Shown piece by piece: positions 9,422-18,901 of a stretch of 57,149 nt of DNA. Under the pieces are notes generated by a model, which was given only the letters and a program-made list of their open reading frames with translations, was not told the DNA's origin and made no database searches. Within the stretch, counting starts at the first letter, position 1, and each line of letters opens with the position of its first letter. Origin of the DNA: an uncultured Spirochaetaceae bacterium. Lineage in GTDB: Bacteria; Spirochaetota; Spirochaetia; Sphaerochaetales; Sphaerochaetaceae. The translations under genes were made by a program, and so were the position numbers. The stretch is from the NCBI GenBank assembly GCA_944392705.1, contig CALXXO010000001.1:1-57149 (forward strand), given 5' to 3'.

Positions 9422-10867
9422 TTACTTTTTCCAGAAATCCTTCGTAAATAGAGCGAAAACAGTGAAAAGCTCAAGCCTTCCGACAAGCATCAGGAATGAG
9501 CCTGCGGTGAGTATAGCATCGGAGAAAATCGAGAAATTCCCCGAAGGTCCAACCTCTCCCATTCCTATCCCGATATTACCCAGCAGCAGGAAGCTTGCGG
9601 TGAAACAAGTCTCGAAATCATATCCAGAGAGGGAATACACAACAGTTCCAAGAAGCCCCGTGATGATATAAGCACCAACGAATCCAGCAATGGAGAGCAG
9701 TGTATTGTGATCCACATTCGAGTCTCCAAGCTTCAGAGGAATCACAGCGCTTGGATGAAGTCTCTTCTTTATCGCATTGCGCCCTAGCGAGATAAGGGCC
9801 CCTACTCTGACAACCTTTATACCGCCACCAGCAGATCCAGCACATCCACCAATGAAGAACAGCAGGATGAGCAATGTCTTTGAGAACTGCGGCCAGAAAT
9901 TATAGTCATAAGTCGCGAATCCCGTCGTTGTGATTATCGAAGCAACATGGAATGCTGCATATCTAAGCGCGGTGAAGAAGTTCCCATATGTATCTGTAAC
10001 ATCAACTGCGATCATAACGGAGAAGGAGATGACTATGAAAAGATAGAGCCTGAGCTCCTTATCCCTCACCGCTTCCCCGATATGGCCTTTTATCGCTTTG
10101 AAATAGAGAGAGAAATTTGATCCTGCAATGACCATGAAGATGGTAACTATCACATCGACATATGCAGAATGGTAGCTTCCAATCGATGAATTCTTAGGAG
10201 CAAAACCTGCGGCACCCATTGTACCGAACATGACTGTGACAGCATCGTAAAGAGGGATTTTTATCCAAAGCAGGAGTACCTGGATTATTGAGAATACGGT
10301 GTAGATACCCCAGAGCGCAAATGCGGTGTGCTGGATTTTCGGGGTCAGCTTATCCTTTGTAGGACCAACGGACTCTGCATTCACAAGGCTCGTTCCCTTA
10401 AGGCCCATGAATGGAGTGAGGGCCACAAACAGAACAACGATTCCCATACCACCAAGCCAGTTAGTCATACCTCTCCAGAAGAGAATCGACTTGAGCTTAT
10501 CCTCAATTGATGAAAGCGCAGTGGCTCCTGTTGTGGTGAAGCCTGACATAATCTCGAAATAGCAGCTTGGATAAGTCTCGAATGTTCCTGAGATGTAGAG
10601 AGGAAGCGCTCCGAATGCAGTTGCGATCACCCACACAAGAGTCACGAGAAGATAGCTGTCCTTCGCCTTGATCGTAATCTTCTCATTGCGCGTTGCAATC
10701 AGGATGACAGCAGCGAACAGCACTATGGAAAGCTCTGTGATGCCGAAAGCCTTTACTCCCATTGGCTCATCATATACAAACGCCAGTGTAAATGGCACCA
10801 GCATACAGATTCCGACAAGAAGCTGAATAAGCGCAAGAAACCTGAGAACAGACTTAATATGCAGCAT
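9422..10867 (-). CDS. trkH: TrkH-family potassium uptake permease
   Basis: 481-aa polytopic ORF with repeated pore-loop-like TTTG/TTGF segments (SGFTTTGAT, ITTTGFAT). Its start overlaps the trkA stop (TAATG). Confidence 0.9.
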   Translation of the reverse strand: MLHIKSVLRFLALIQLLVGICMLVPFTLAFVYDEPMGVKAFGITELSIVLFAAVILIATRNEKITIKAKDSYLLVTLVWVIATAFGALPLYISGTFETYPSCYFEIMSGFTTTGATALSSIEDKLKSILFWRGMTNWLGGMGIVVLFVALTPFMGLKGTSLVNAESVGPTKDKLTPKIQHTAFALWGIYTVFSIIQVLLLWIKIPLYDAVTVMFGTMGAAGFAPKNSSIGSYHSAYVDVIVTIFMVIAGSNFSLYFKAIKGHIGEAVRDKELRLYLFIVISFSVMIAVDVTDTYGNFFTALRYAAFHVASIITTTGFATYDYNFWPQFSKTLLILLFFIGGCAGSAGGGIKVVRVGALISLGRNAIKKRLHPSAVIPLKLGDSNVDHNTLLSIAGFVGAYIITGLLGTVVYSLSGYDFETCFTASFLLLGNIGIGMGEVGPSGNFSIFSDAILTAGSFLMLVGRLELFTVFALFTKDFWKK

Positions 10868-12225
10868 TAGAGAAACAACTCCTTGAGATATCCACTGTCA
10901 TCATGGCGAACCGAAAGAATCAGCCTGTCGCCAAGGGTGAATACATACTCACCATCAGGAACAATCGCAGTTCCATCATTCTTTTTTACGCCAGCAATGA
11001 CAACACTGCTCTTGAAATGTATATTCTTAAGTGCTTTCCCTATGAATGGGAAACTTTCCTGGATAACGTACTCATAAACCTCGAGCTCACCCTCGAAAAG
11101 CGTGTGCATCGCAGAAATGCCATCTCCTCTGAGATAGCGGACAAGCGAGTCAACTGTGACATCTGTTATAGAGAGAGCCACATCAACTCCGAGGGAAAGC
11201 GCGAACTGGCTATAGTTTGTATTGGATTTAACAAGTGCTATAGTCTTGTTCACTCCGATTTTCTTTGCATAGCCCGATGTAACAATATTCAATTCATCAT
11301 TATCTGTGAGCGTAATGAAGAGATCGGAATTACCAAGCTCTTCCTCCTCCCAGATGCTTTCATCGGTTATTGAAGCATTCAGCACTGTAATCTCGGGGAA
11401 AAGAGATGCAAATTCATTTGCAGCCGTCTCATCCTTTTCGATTACCCTTATCTTCTTTTTCTCGGATGGGGTTGCGGCATATAGCAGGAACCTTGTGATT
11501 CTCGTAGCACCTAGAATAACTATGTTATCCGGTTCCTGGTAAATCTCACGCTCCGGGGTTCCGCTAAGCGTGATATAAGCTTTCTCGCTATCGGTGATGA
11601 AGACAAGGATATCGCCCTGCCTGATTTCAGTCTCACCATTCGGAATGATTACAGAACCTCGGCGATATATAGCTGCAATGACGAAGTTATATTCAAGGCG
11701 CTTCCTCAGCGAAGCTACACTCTCACCTCTCCTGACATTCCCCTGCCCTTCTGCAACTGTGAAGATCATGAAATCAGTACCGGGGAAAATCAGAGTATCG
11801 CGATAAAGACCATAATGGATTGTATCGAGAATCCTCAGAGCCCCTTCCTGATCTGGATTTATTATATGCGTGATACCAAGGATACGAGGAGGAAGCCCTT
11901 CTTCTCCAAGATATCCTGAGGACCTTATGGCCGCAATCGTATTTACAACATTTGGGAATTCCGCAGCAACAATACCGCACGCGACGATATTCACCTCATC
12001 TGAATCAGTTACTGCAATTACAGTCTCTGCCTTTGCCGCTCCAGCTTCCTTGAGCTTGGAGAGATCCGTTCCGGACCCGCAGACAGCAAGACAATCGACT
12101 TTTGATTCTGCTTCATGGCATTTCGATGCAGATCTTTCAAGGAATGTGATAGAGGAACCTTCAGCGGCGAGATGCCTACCGATCCTGATTCCTCTTCTGC
12201 CAGCTCCTATAATAAGAACATTCAT
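10867..12225 (-). CDS. trkA: Trk system NAD-binding peripheral subunit TrkA (double RCK)
   Basis: 452-aa ORF. The first Rossmann motif is NVLIIGAGRRG, and a second RCK-N half starts at NIVILGATRITR. Confidence 0.9.
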   Translation of the reverse strand: MNVLIIGAGRRGIRIGRHLAAEGSSITFLERSASKCHEAESKVDCLAVCGSGTDLSKLKEAGAAKAETVIAVTDSDEVNIVACGIVAAEFPNVVNTIAAIRSSGYLGEEGLPPRILGITHIINPDQEGALRILDTIHYGLYRDTLIFPGTDFMIFTVAEGQGNVRRGESVASLRKRLEYNFVIAAIYRRGSVIIPNGETEIRQGDILVFITDSEKAYITLSGTPEREIYQEPDNIVILGATRITRFLLYAATPSEKKKIRVIEKDETAANEFASLFPEITVLNASITDESIWEEEELGNSDLFITLTDNDELNIVTSGYAKKIGVNKTIALVKSNTNYSQFALSLGVDVALSITDVTVDSLVRYLRGDGISAMHTLFEGELEVYEYVIQESFPFIGKALKNIHFKSSVVIAGVKKNDGTAIVPDGEYVFTLGDRLILSVRHDDSGYLKELFL

Positions 12226-12243
12226 AAATCAACACTCAAATCT

Positions 12244-12280
12244 AAGAAGAAAAGTTTGCCCACTCCGGAGCGAAGTGGGC
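12244..12280 (-). terminator. rho-independent terminator after the TRAP operon
   Basis: On the minus strand, stem GCCCACT / AGTGGGC (12258-12264 and 12274-12280) is followed by AAACTTTTCTTCTT. Confidence 0.6.
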
Positions 12281-12288
12281 GTTTCGGA

Positions 12289-13683
12289 TTAATAACCGAA
12301 TAGAGGTATCCTGAAGATATACGGTATGTATGTGAAGACCATAAGCATGATAAGCATAACCGCGAAGAGCGGGAGCATCTTCTTTGCAGTAGCTTCAAGG
12401 GATGTTTTACCAACAGCACAACCGACGAAGAGCGCAGATCCTACAGGAGGTGTGCAGAGACCGATTGCGAGGTTAAAGATGATGACAATACCGAAGTGAA
12501 TATCTGTCATTCCAAGTGTAGATACAACTGGAAGCAGAATCGGTGTCATGATCATGATAAGCGGAGCCATATCCATGAAACAGCCAAGGATGAGCAGAAG
12601 AATATTGATGATAAGGAAGATTACATATGGGTTGTCGGAGAAACCAATAAGCGCATTTGTAATCGCTGCAGGAATTCTGAGCCTTGTCATCATATAAGCA
12701 AAAGCCTTTGCTGTTCCGATAAGAGTAAGAACAACAGCAAGTGTCTTGAGAGAGTTCTTAAGTATGTTACCGAAGTTCTTTACCTTATCTGCACGGAAGA
12801 TGAAGTATGTAAGGATGAATGTGTAGAAACAAGCTACAGCGGAGCTTTCTGTTGCAGTGAAGACACCAGCACCTGTTCCAACAAGGATGATTACAAGAGT
12901 CATCATCGGGAGGATAGCGCTGAGAAGGACTCTCATGCAGTGTCCAAGCGCAATACCACCGATTCTGATCCATCCCTCACCTTCAGGAAGCTTTCTGCTG
13001 CCAGATGTGGATGTTGCCTTTCCAATCCATCTTACGCGGTCATTCTTGAACATCTTATCTCCCTTCGGGAAGTTATGCTTCTTTCCAAGAAGGAAACACA
13101 TGAGCATGAATCCAAGACCGAGACAGATTCCAGGAGCGAATCCTGCGTAGAAGAGCTGTCCGATGGATACACCTGTACCAGCTGCAAGAGCGTAGATAAC
13201 CATGTTGTGTGATGGTGGAATAAGAACACCCTGGCAAGCTGTAGTTACTGTAAGACCTACTGTGAACTCCCTGTCATACCCCTGCTTTACCATCATCGGG
13301 ATAACAACTGATCCAAGCGAGGATACGTCAGCAACAGCTGAACCGGAGATACCACCGAAGAACATGGAGTCGATACAGTTAACGTATGCGAGACCACCGC
13401 GGAAACGACCTACAGCAAGGTTTGCAAGATCGACGATTTTATCGGAAATCTGACCAGCTGCCATAATCTCACCCATTACTATGAAGAATGGGATAGCGAG
13501 CATGGTGAAGTTGTTAACGCCATCGAGCATCATCCTGACCATCGTTGTCGGGTTTGTTCCCGGAACGAACAATGTGGATGCGATAGCGGCAATGAACATT
13601 GAGAATGTTACAGGCACCTTGAAAGCCATCAGAAGGAAGAAACCTCCGATGAGCACGATAATTGCAATAGTTGTACTTGCCAT
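12289..13683 (-). CDS. TRAP transporter large permease (DctM-type)
   Basis: 464-aa polytopic ORF in the DctP-DctQ-DctM gene order. It has a ~35-aa hydrophilic insertion (KMFKNDRVRWIGKATSTSGSRKLPEGEG) in the central loop. Confidence 0.85.
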   Translation of the reverse strand: MASTTIAIIVLIGGFFLLMAFKVPVTFSMFIAAIASTLFVPGTNPTTMVRMMLDGVNNFTMLAIPFFIVMGEIMAAGQISDKIVDLANLAVGRFRGGLAYVNCIDSMFFGGISGSAVADVSSLGSVVIPMMVKQGYDREFTVGLTVTTACQGVLIPPSHNMVIYALAAGTGVSIGQLFYAGFAPGICLGLGFMLMCFLLGKKHNFPKGDKMFKNDRVRWIGKATSTSGSRKLPEGEGWIRIGGIALGHCMRVLLSAILPMMTLVIILVGTGAGVFTATESSAVACFYTFILTYFIFRADKVKNFGNILKNSLKTLAVVLTLIGTAKAFAYMMTRLRIPAAITNALIGFSDNPYVIFLIINILLLILGCFMDMAPLIMIMTPILLPVVSTLGMTDIHFGIVIIFNLAIGLCTPPVGSALFVGCAVGKTSLEATAKKMLPLFAVMLIMLMVFTYIPYIFRIPLFGY

Positions 13684-14342
13684 CAGTTCTTTCCTCCATT
13701 CTTAGCAGCTTCTGCAGCCTGCTGCTTTACCATTTCCTCGTAATCGACTTCAGCAACACTGTAAAGAAGATCATCTGGGCTGAGGACTCTGATCAGGAAG
13801 AGAATGGAATCAAATACCATGATGAATCCTGCAACTGGAACTACAATGTACTGAACCCATGTTGGAAGTCCTGTCATAGGAAGGATTCCTGGAAGTCCCA
13901 TAAGACGGAGCATATAGCTTCCACCATAGTAGAAGAAGAATGCACCGCAGAGCAGCGTCGAGATATCAGGGAGAATATCCATGAACTTACGCATCTTGCC
14001 GCCCTTAGGGAACCTGTTGTACACCATTGTGACGGAAATATGCATATGGTCTCTTACGCCAATAGCACAGGCGAGGAATGTGAAGCAGGTGACAAGAAGT
14101 CTTGCGACCTCATCTACTGCACCAATTCCTGTGTTGAAACAGTAACGTAGAACAACGTTAAAGAAAACGATACAGAGCATGATGATAAGAGAAATCTGGG
14201 AAATAGTCAGAATAACTCTATGACACCAATGATTGATCAGAATGACATAAGCCTTTGCAGGCACTTTGCCATTGTACTGGCTCTTATCAATAACAAGTTT
14301 ATTGTTGACAAGCCAGTTTCTGAAATTTGATGATCCGGACAT
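13683..14342 (-). CDS. TRAP transporter small permease (DctQ-type)
   Basis: 4-TM ORF between the DctP and DctM genes. I chose the ATG at 14342, preceded by gggagg. It has a hydrophilic C-terminal tail. Confidence 0.75.
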   Translation of the reverse strand: MSGSSNFRNWLVNNKLVIDKSQYNGKVPAKAYVILINHWCHRVILTISQISLIIMLCIVFFNVVLRYCFNTGIGAVDEVARLLVTCFTFLACAIGVRDHMHISVTMVYNRFPKGGKMRKFMDILPDISTLLCGAFFFYYGGSYMLRLMGLPGILPMTGLPTWVQYIVVPVAGFIMVFDSILFLIRVLSPDDLLYSVAEVDYEEMVKQQAAEAAKNGGKN

Positions 14343-14408
14343 GGTCCGCCTCCCTATAAAGTCGTAAACGGGGAGCACAATACTCCCCGTTAAGCATTAA
14401 AAAGTAAA

Positions 14409-15410
14409 TTACAGTCCCATGTTCTGGATCTGTGCGATGAGATCCTCATAGCCTGCGCCATATTCAGTATAGAGCGGAGCCATCTTGTCCTGGAATTCCT
14501 GGAGCTGCTCTGGTGTAAGCTCTGTGACAACAACACCCTCGGATGTCACCTTAGCTTCAGAAGACTGCTCGCGGAGAGCCCACTGCTCGATCTCATAAGC
14601 CTGTGTCTCTTTTGCACATTCCTTGATGATCTCAACATCTGCTGGATCAAGTGTATCGAGAACAGCCTTGGAAGCGAGAAGAATCTCAGGAACTCTTGTG
14701 TGTCCATCGAGTACGAAGTATGGAGCTACCTGGTAGTCGCCCATTGACTCGTATGTAGGCCAGTTGTTCTCTGCACCATCGATTGTTCCCTGCTGGATAG
14801 CGGAGTAAACATCGTTTGGTCCGATACCTGTAACACCGTTACCACCAAGAAGCTGAACCATCTCAACCATCATCGGGTTGTTCTGGAGTCTGATCTTGAG
14901 ACCAGCCATGTCAGCTGCGCAAGTAACAGGAGTTGTTGTATAGAAGTTTCTAGCACCTGCATCATAGTAGCAGAGACCTACGAGACCAGAACCAGAAGAT
15001 TCGATTTCATTGAGCATATCCTGTCCGATTTCGCTGTTGAGAACCTGCCACATATGATCGCCATCGCGATAGAGGTAAGGAAGCTGGATAACATTGAGAG
15101 CTGGAACATAGGAAGCAACTGGAGATGCGGAAACACGTGCGAATGCAAGGTCGCCAATCTGGAGAGCTTCGATGGATCCTGTCTCTTCACCATAGAGTGT
15201 TCCACCTGAATATACATCAATCTGGATCCTGCCTTCAGTTCTCTCCTCGACAAGGCGAGCGAACTCATAATCAGCAAGAGTTGTAGGATATCCTTCAGCG
15301 TGAACTTCTGAAAGTGTAAGAACGATTGGGCCCGTCTCCTGGCTACCACTAGCAAGAGCTGGCATCAACATAGCTACTGCAACCAAAAGCAGTACAGCAA
15401 ACTTCTTCAT
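14409..15410 (-). CDS. TRAP transporter substrate-binding protein (DctP-type)
   Basis: Signal peptide MKKFAVLLLVAVAMLMPALASG. The start at 15410 is preceded by ggagg. The DctP-like sequence includes LPYLYRD. Confidence 0.85.
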   Translation of the reverse strand: MKKFAVLLLVAVAMLMPALASGSQETGPIVLTLSEVHAEGYPTTLADYEFARLVEERTEGRIQIDVYSGGTLYGEETGSIEALQIGDLAFARVSASPVASYVPALNVIQLPYLYRDGDHMWQVLNSEIGQDMLNEIESSGSGLVGLCYYDAGARNFYTTTPVTCAADMAGLKIRLQNNPMMVEMVQLLGGNGVTGIGPNDVYSAIQQGTIDGAENNWPTYESMGDYQVAPYFVLDGHTRVPEILLASKAVLDTLDPADVEIIKECAKETQAYEIEQWALREQSSEAKVTSEGVVVTELTPEQLQEFQDKMAPLYTEYGAGYEDLIAQIQNMGL

Positions 15411-15473
15411 GATTTCCTCCTTCATGCGGAAAACAAAAAAACACATAAAAAGTGCATAATCGCACTGTACACA

Positions 15474-15501
15474 ATTCTACAATAAATATGACTAAAAGCA
15501 A
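15474..15501 (-). promoter_or_regulatory. candidate sigma70-type promoter of the TRAP operon
   Basis: On the minus strand: TTGCTT, a 16-nt spacer, then TAGAAT, about 60 nt upstream of the dctP-like ATG. Confidence 0.3.
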
Positions 15502-15663
15502 GAGAGAGCATTAATTTTCTTAATAATTTGTTACAAAACTGCACAAAATTTCGTATTAATATACATCATTCAAGTCAATCTGAAGCAGCGCATACAGAAA
15601 AGAAGAATAAAATCCACATCTTTGATAAATTATTTCTATCACAACAGAGAAAGGATAATTTCT

Positions 15664-16533
15664 ATGAATCTGAGAGCTATACGTTACTTCATCGAACTTA
15701 CCGAAACTGGAAGCTATACAACAGCTGCAAAAAAGCTGGGCGTAAGCCAGCCAAGCATAAGCCACGCTATAAAAGAACTGGAGACGGAGCTTGGGCTTCC
15801 GCTCTTCAATCCAAGCAAACGAACAGAACTTACAGATTGGGGAAAGGATCTGCTTTCAACCGTAAAGACCTCCATGTCCCTTCTGGATGAGGGAACTATG
15901 AGGATAAAAAGAGAAGCTGAAGGACTTGGGACAATCAGGCTAGGCTTCATGAGAACACTTGGCATGACAACAATTCCCCAGATAGCAGCTGAATTCAAAA
16001 GCGCCCATCCAGAAAACAAGCTCTCTTTCAAATCAGGAAGATCTGGAGAACTCCTTGACTTGCTGTCTGAAGGAAGGATAGACATAGCTTTCGTTTCCGG
16101 CTCGTCTGAAAGTAGCAAATACATTTTCAACTATCTCTTTTCAATACCATTGGTGCTTGTAACACCCCCGGACCATACACTTGCTGAAAGGGAATATGTT
16201 ACGCTGAAAGACACACTTTCCCACCCTTTCATAAATTACTCAGAAGGAGCCGGACTGAGAAAAATAATTGAGGAAGCTTATGAAAAAGCAGGAATCAGAC
16301 CATCAGTTGCATATGAAGATGAAGAGGTATTTGTGATTTCAGGTCTTGTTTCCGCAGGTTTTGGAATTGCTATAGTTCCTTCAATGAAGACTATCAGCAC
16401 AATAAACATCCGCATGATTCCAATACACCCATCTATAGTCATGCCTGTCTATGCCGCAATAAGCAAGGACAGGATTGCAAGTCCTGCATCAATAAAGCTT
16501 CTGAATTTTACTCTCAGTAAATTTAAACAATGA
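15664..16533 (+). CDS. LysR-family transcriptional regulator
   Basis: N-terminal wHTH (MNLRAIRYFIELTETGSYTTAAKKLGVSQPSISHAIKELE). It is divergent from the TRAP operon. The start at 15664 was chosen over the track start. Confidence 0.85.
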   Translation: MNLRAIRYFIELTETGSYTTAAKKLGVSQPSISHAIKELETELGLPLFNPSKRTELTDWGKDLLSTVKTSMSLLDEGTMRIKREAEGLGTIRLGFMRTLGMTTIPQIAAEFKSAHPENKLSFKSGRSGELLDLLSEGRIDIAFVSGSSESSKYIFNYLFSIPLVLVTPPDHTLAEREYVTLKDTLSHPFINYSEGAGLRKIIEEAYEKAGIRPSVAYEDEEVFVISGLVSAGFGIAIVPSMKTISTINIRMIPIHPSIVMPVYAAISKDRIASPASIKLLNFTLSKFKQ

Positions 16534-17444
16534 AACATTTCCCCCTCTTGCTTGAATTTGTTAATATATCCTTCATGGACAGAAGAGCAAAAGGAATCGC
16601 TTGCATTCTATCATCCGCATTCTGCTTCGCTATGATGAATATGTTCGTGCGCTTGTCCGGAGATATCCCATCAATCGAGAAGAGCTTCTTCAGGAACTTC
16701 ATTGCAGCGCTTGCAGCTTTCGTTATTGTAATCAGGGACAGGCGGAGCATTGCAATTAAAAAGGATGATATTCCGCTTTTAATCATGCGCTCAGTGCTCG
16801 GCACAATAGGAATCCTCGGGAATTTCTACGCAGTCGACCACCTTGTGCTCTCGGATGCCACTATGCTGAATAAAATGGCACCTTTTTTCACATTGATACT
16901 GTCGATGCTTTTCTTGAAGGAGAAGCTCCCTTTAAAAACAATGCTGATTGTCATAGGTGCCTTCATTGGTTCTCTTTTTGTGATAAAGCCGACATTCCAG
17001 AATGCAAATCTGACTGCTTCGATGATAGGATTCATTGGAGGTTTTGGTGCAGGTGCTGCATATACCTGTGTCAGGGCGCTGGGAAAGAAAGGGGTGAAAG
17101 GTCCAGTTGTAGTGCTTTTCTTCTCAGTATTTTCCTGCCTTGCAACGCTACCCTATCTTATCTTCGATTACCACCCGATAACACCGCTGCAGCTCCTGAC
17201 CCTACTCCTTGCAGGCCTTGCAGCAGCCGGCGGACAGTTCTCGATAACAGCAGCCTATACATTCGCTCCAGCTAAGGAAATATCGGTATTTGACTACTCT
17301 CAGGTCATTTTTACTGCGATAATCGGATGGGTTGTATTCTCCCAGATTCCAGATATGCTGAGCTTTATAGGCTACATAATTATAATAGTAATGGCTCTGA
17401 TTATGTTCTTAGGGGAGAGAAAGGAGACAGGGAATGCAGCTTGA
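16530..17444 (+). CDS. DMT/EamA-family transporter
   Basis: 304-aa 10-TM ORF with two EamA-like halves. Its ATG overlaps the LysR stop (ATGA). Confidence 0.8.
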   Translation: MKHFPLLLEFVNISFMDRRAKGIACILSSAFCFAMMNMFVRLSGDIPSIEKSFFRNFIAALAAFVIVIRDRRSIAIKKDDIPLLIMRSVLGTIGILGNFYAVDHLVLSDATMLNKMAPFFTLILSMLFLKEKLPLKTMLIVIGAFIGSLFVIKPTFQNANLTASMIGFIGGFGAGAAYTCVRALGKKGVKGPVVVLFFSVFSCLATLPYLIFDYHPITPLQLLTLLLAGLAAAGGQFSITAAYTFAPAKEISVFDYSQVIFTAIIGWVVFSQIPDMLSFIGYIIIIVMALIMFLGERKETGNAA

Positions 17445-18345
17445 GATAATGTTATTTCTGCAGGAAATCAGGACACCGATTATGATAAAAGCAGCCGAGT
17501 TAATCTCCATGTTCGGAGAAATCGCAATCCCTCTGCTGGTAATCGCATATTTTCTTTGGTGCTCGAGCAGGAAGAAGGCTTTCGCGGCATCAGCTTCACT
17601 TCTATCCGCTCTGCTGGTAACACAATCGCTTAAGCCCATATTCAGGCTACCCCGCCCTTTTCAGGCATATCCCGACCTCATCCAAGGGGATAGGCTAAGC
17701 ACCGCCACAGGTTATTCCTTTCCTTCAGGACACAGCACAACATCGGGAGCGCTCTACTCTTCCCTGATAGTAATCATCTGGAAAAAGGCGGCAACTTTCA
17801 TCGCCATCCTCCTTATAATCCTTGTACCTTTATCAAGGCTTGTGCTTGGAGTGCACTGGCCACTCGATGTTGCAGTAGGAACAGCAGTAGGTCTTCTATC
17901 AGGATTCATCATCACACCATTGATGCTCCGGCTATACGACAGGAGACGGCCCTTTCTAATATTCTCTTTCATCTATGGAATCGCCACAACTTTATTAGGG
18001 GGAACCCTTGCAATCCTCATTGGCCTTTCCAGCATAGATCCAGTTGCTTTCGAGGATCTCATGTCGAATGCAACGATAACAGGATCATTGATGCTTGGCT
18101 TCTACCTGGAACGCAAAACGGTCCTGTCGCTTCCAGAAAAGAACGGAAGAATAAGGAAAGCCGTTGTTTTCATCCTAGGGCTTTTATCAACAGCGCTAGT
18201 CGCGCTATTCATTGCCATAATACCAGCTCCCCCAGCATTCACATCATTCGCCCTTTATTTCATGCTCGGGCTCTGGTGCACATTCATTTTCCCATTGATT
18301 GCAGTGAAAACAGGGCTTATGGCAAAGGATCCTACACTCTCTTAG
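17434..18345 (+). CDS. PAP2-family membrane phosphatase with extra C-terminal TM segments
   Basis: The tripartite PAP2 motif is present: KPIFRLPRP, PSGHS, SRLVLGVHWPLD. Confidence 0.8.
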   Translation: MQLEIMLFLQEIRTPIMIKAAELISMFGEIAIPLLVIAYFLWCSSRKKAFAASASLLSALLVTQSLKPIFRLPRPFQAYPDLIQGDRLSTATGYSFPSGHSTTSGALYSSLIVIIWKKAATFIAILLIILVPLSRLVLGVHWPLDVAVGTAVGLLSGFIITPLMLRLYDRRRPFLIFSFIYGIATTLLGGTLAILIGLSSIDPVAFEDLMSNATITGSLMLGFYLERKTVLSLPEKNGRIRKAVVFILGLLSTALVALFIAIIPAPPAFTSFALYFMLGLWCTFIFPLIAVKTGLMAKDPTLS

Positions 18346-18901
18346 GATAGCTTCCATCCCTGTAGACACGATGGAAGAATCTGGCAGCTGTCTCATCATC
18401 GAATAGCGCATTGCCGCAAAGCCTGGAGAAAAGACGACCGCAGATTTCGCTATCTGCAAGGGCATTATGCGCTTCATACACCCAGCCAAGTTCCTCTGCA
18501 AGGGATGTGAGCCTGTAAGATTTCCGCCCTTTCCAGAGCCTTCTAGAAAGAGAAAGCGTACAGTAATAATCATTATGGATGGGAGCTATTCCCCAGGACT
18601 CCAGAGAAGCCCTGAGAACGGAAACATCGAAGCGGGCATTATGAGCGACAAGCGGAAGATTACCGATGAACTCACACATCTCAGGCCAAATGGAAGCAAT
18701 TGTCGGTGCATTCATTATTGAGAGAGGATCAAGATGATGAACTGCAAAACATCTTGGATCGAATTCCATCTGCTTCGGCGCTATAAGCGAATAGAATCTG
18801 TCCTCGACAAAACCTTCCTCGTCCATCCTGACAAGGCCTACGGAACAGGCACTTGCAGGATTGGAGGACGCCGTTTCGAAATCTATCGCTACATACTTCA
18901 T
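18332..18901 (-). CDS. DEDDh 3'-5' exonuclease (DnaQ/epsilon-like domain)
   Basis: Exo motifs AIDFET, AHNARFD and HNALADS. Confidence 0.8.
   Translation of the reverse strand: MKYVAIDFETASSNPASACSVGLVRMDEEGFVEDRFYSLIAPKQMEFDPRCFAVHHLDPLSIMNAPTIASIWPEMCEFIGNLPLVAHNARFDVSVLRASLESWGIAPIHNDYYCTLSLSRRLWKGRKSYRLTSLAEELGWVYEAHNALADSEICGRLFSRLCGNALFDDETAARFFHRVYRDGSYPKRV

Noticed and set aside
12496-13212. 238-aa plus-strand ORF rich in Cys/His/Lys
   Set aside because: It is antisense to the DctM-type permease gene and has no RBS or family resemblance.
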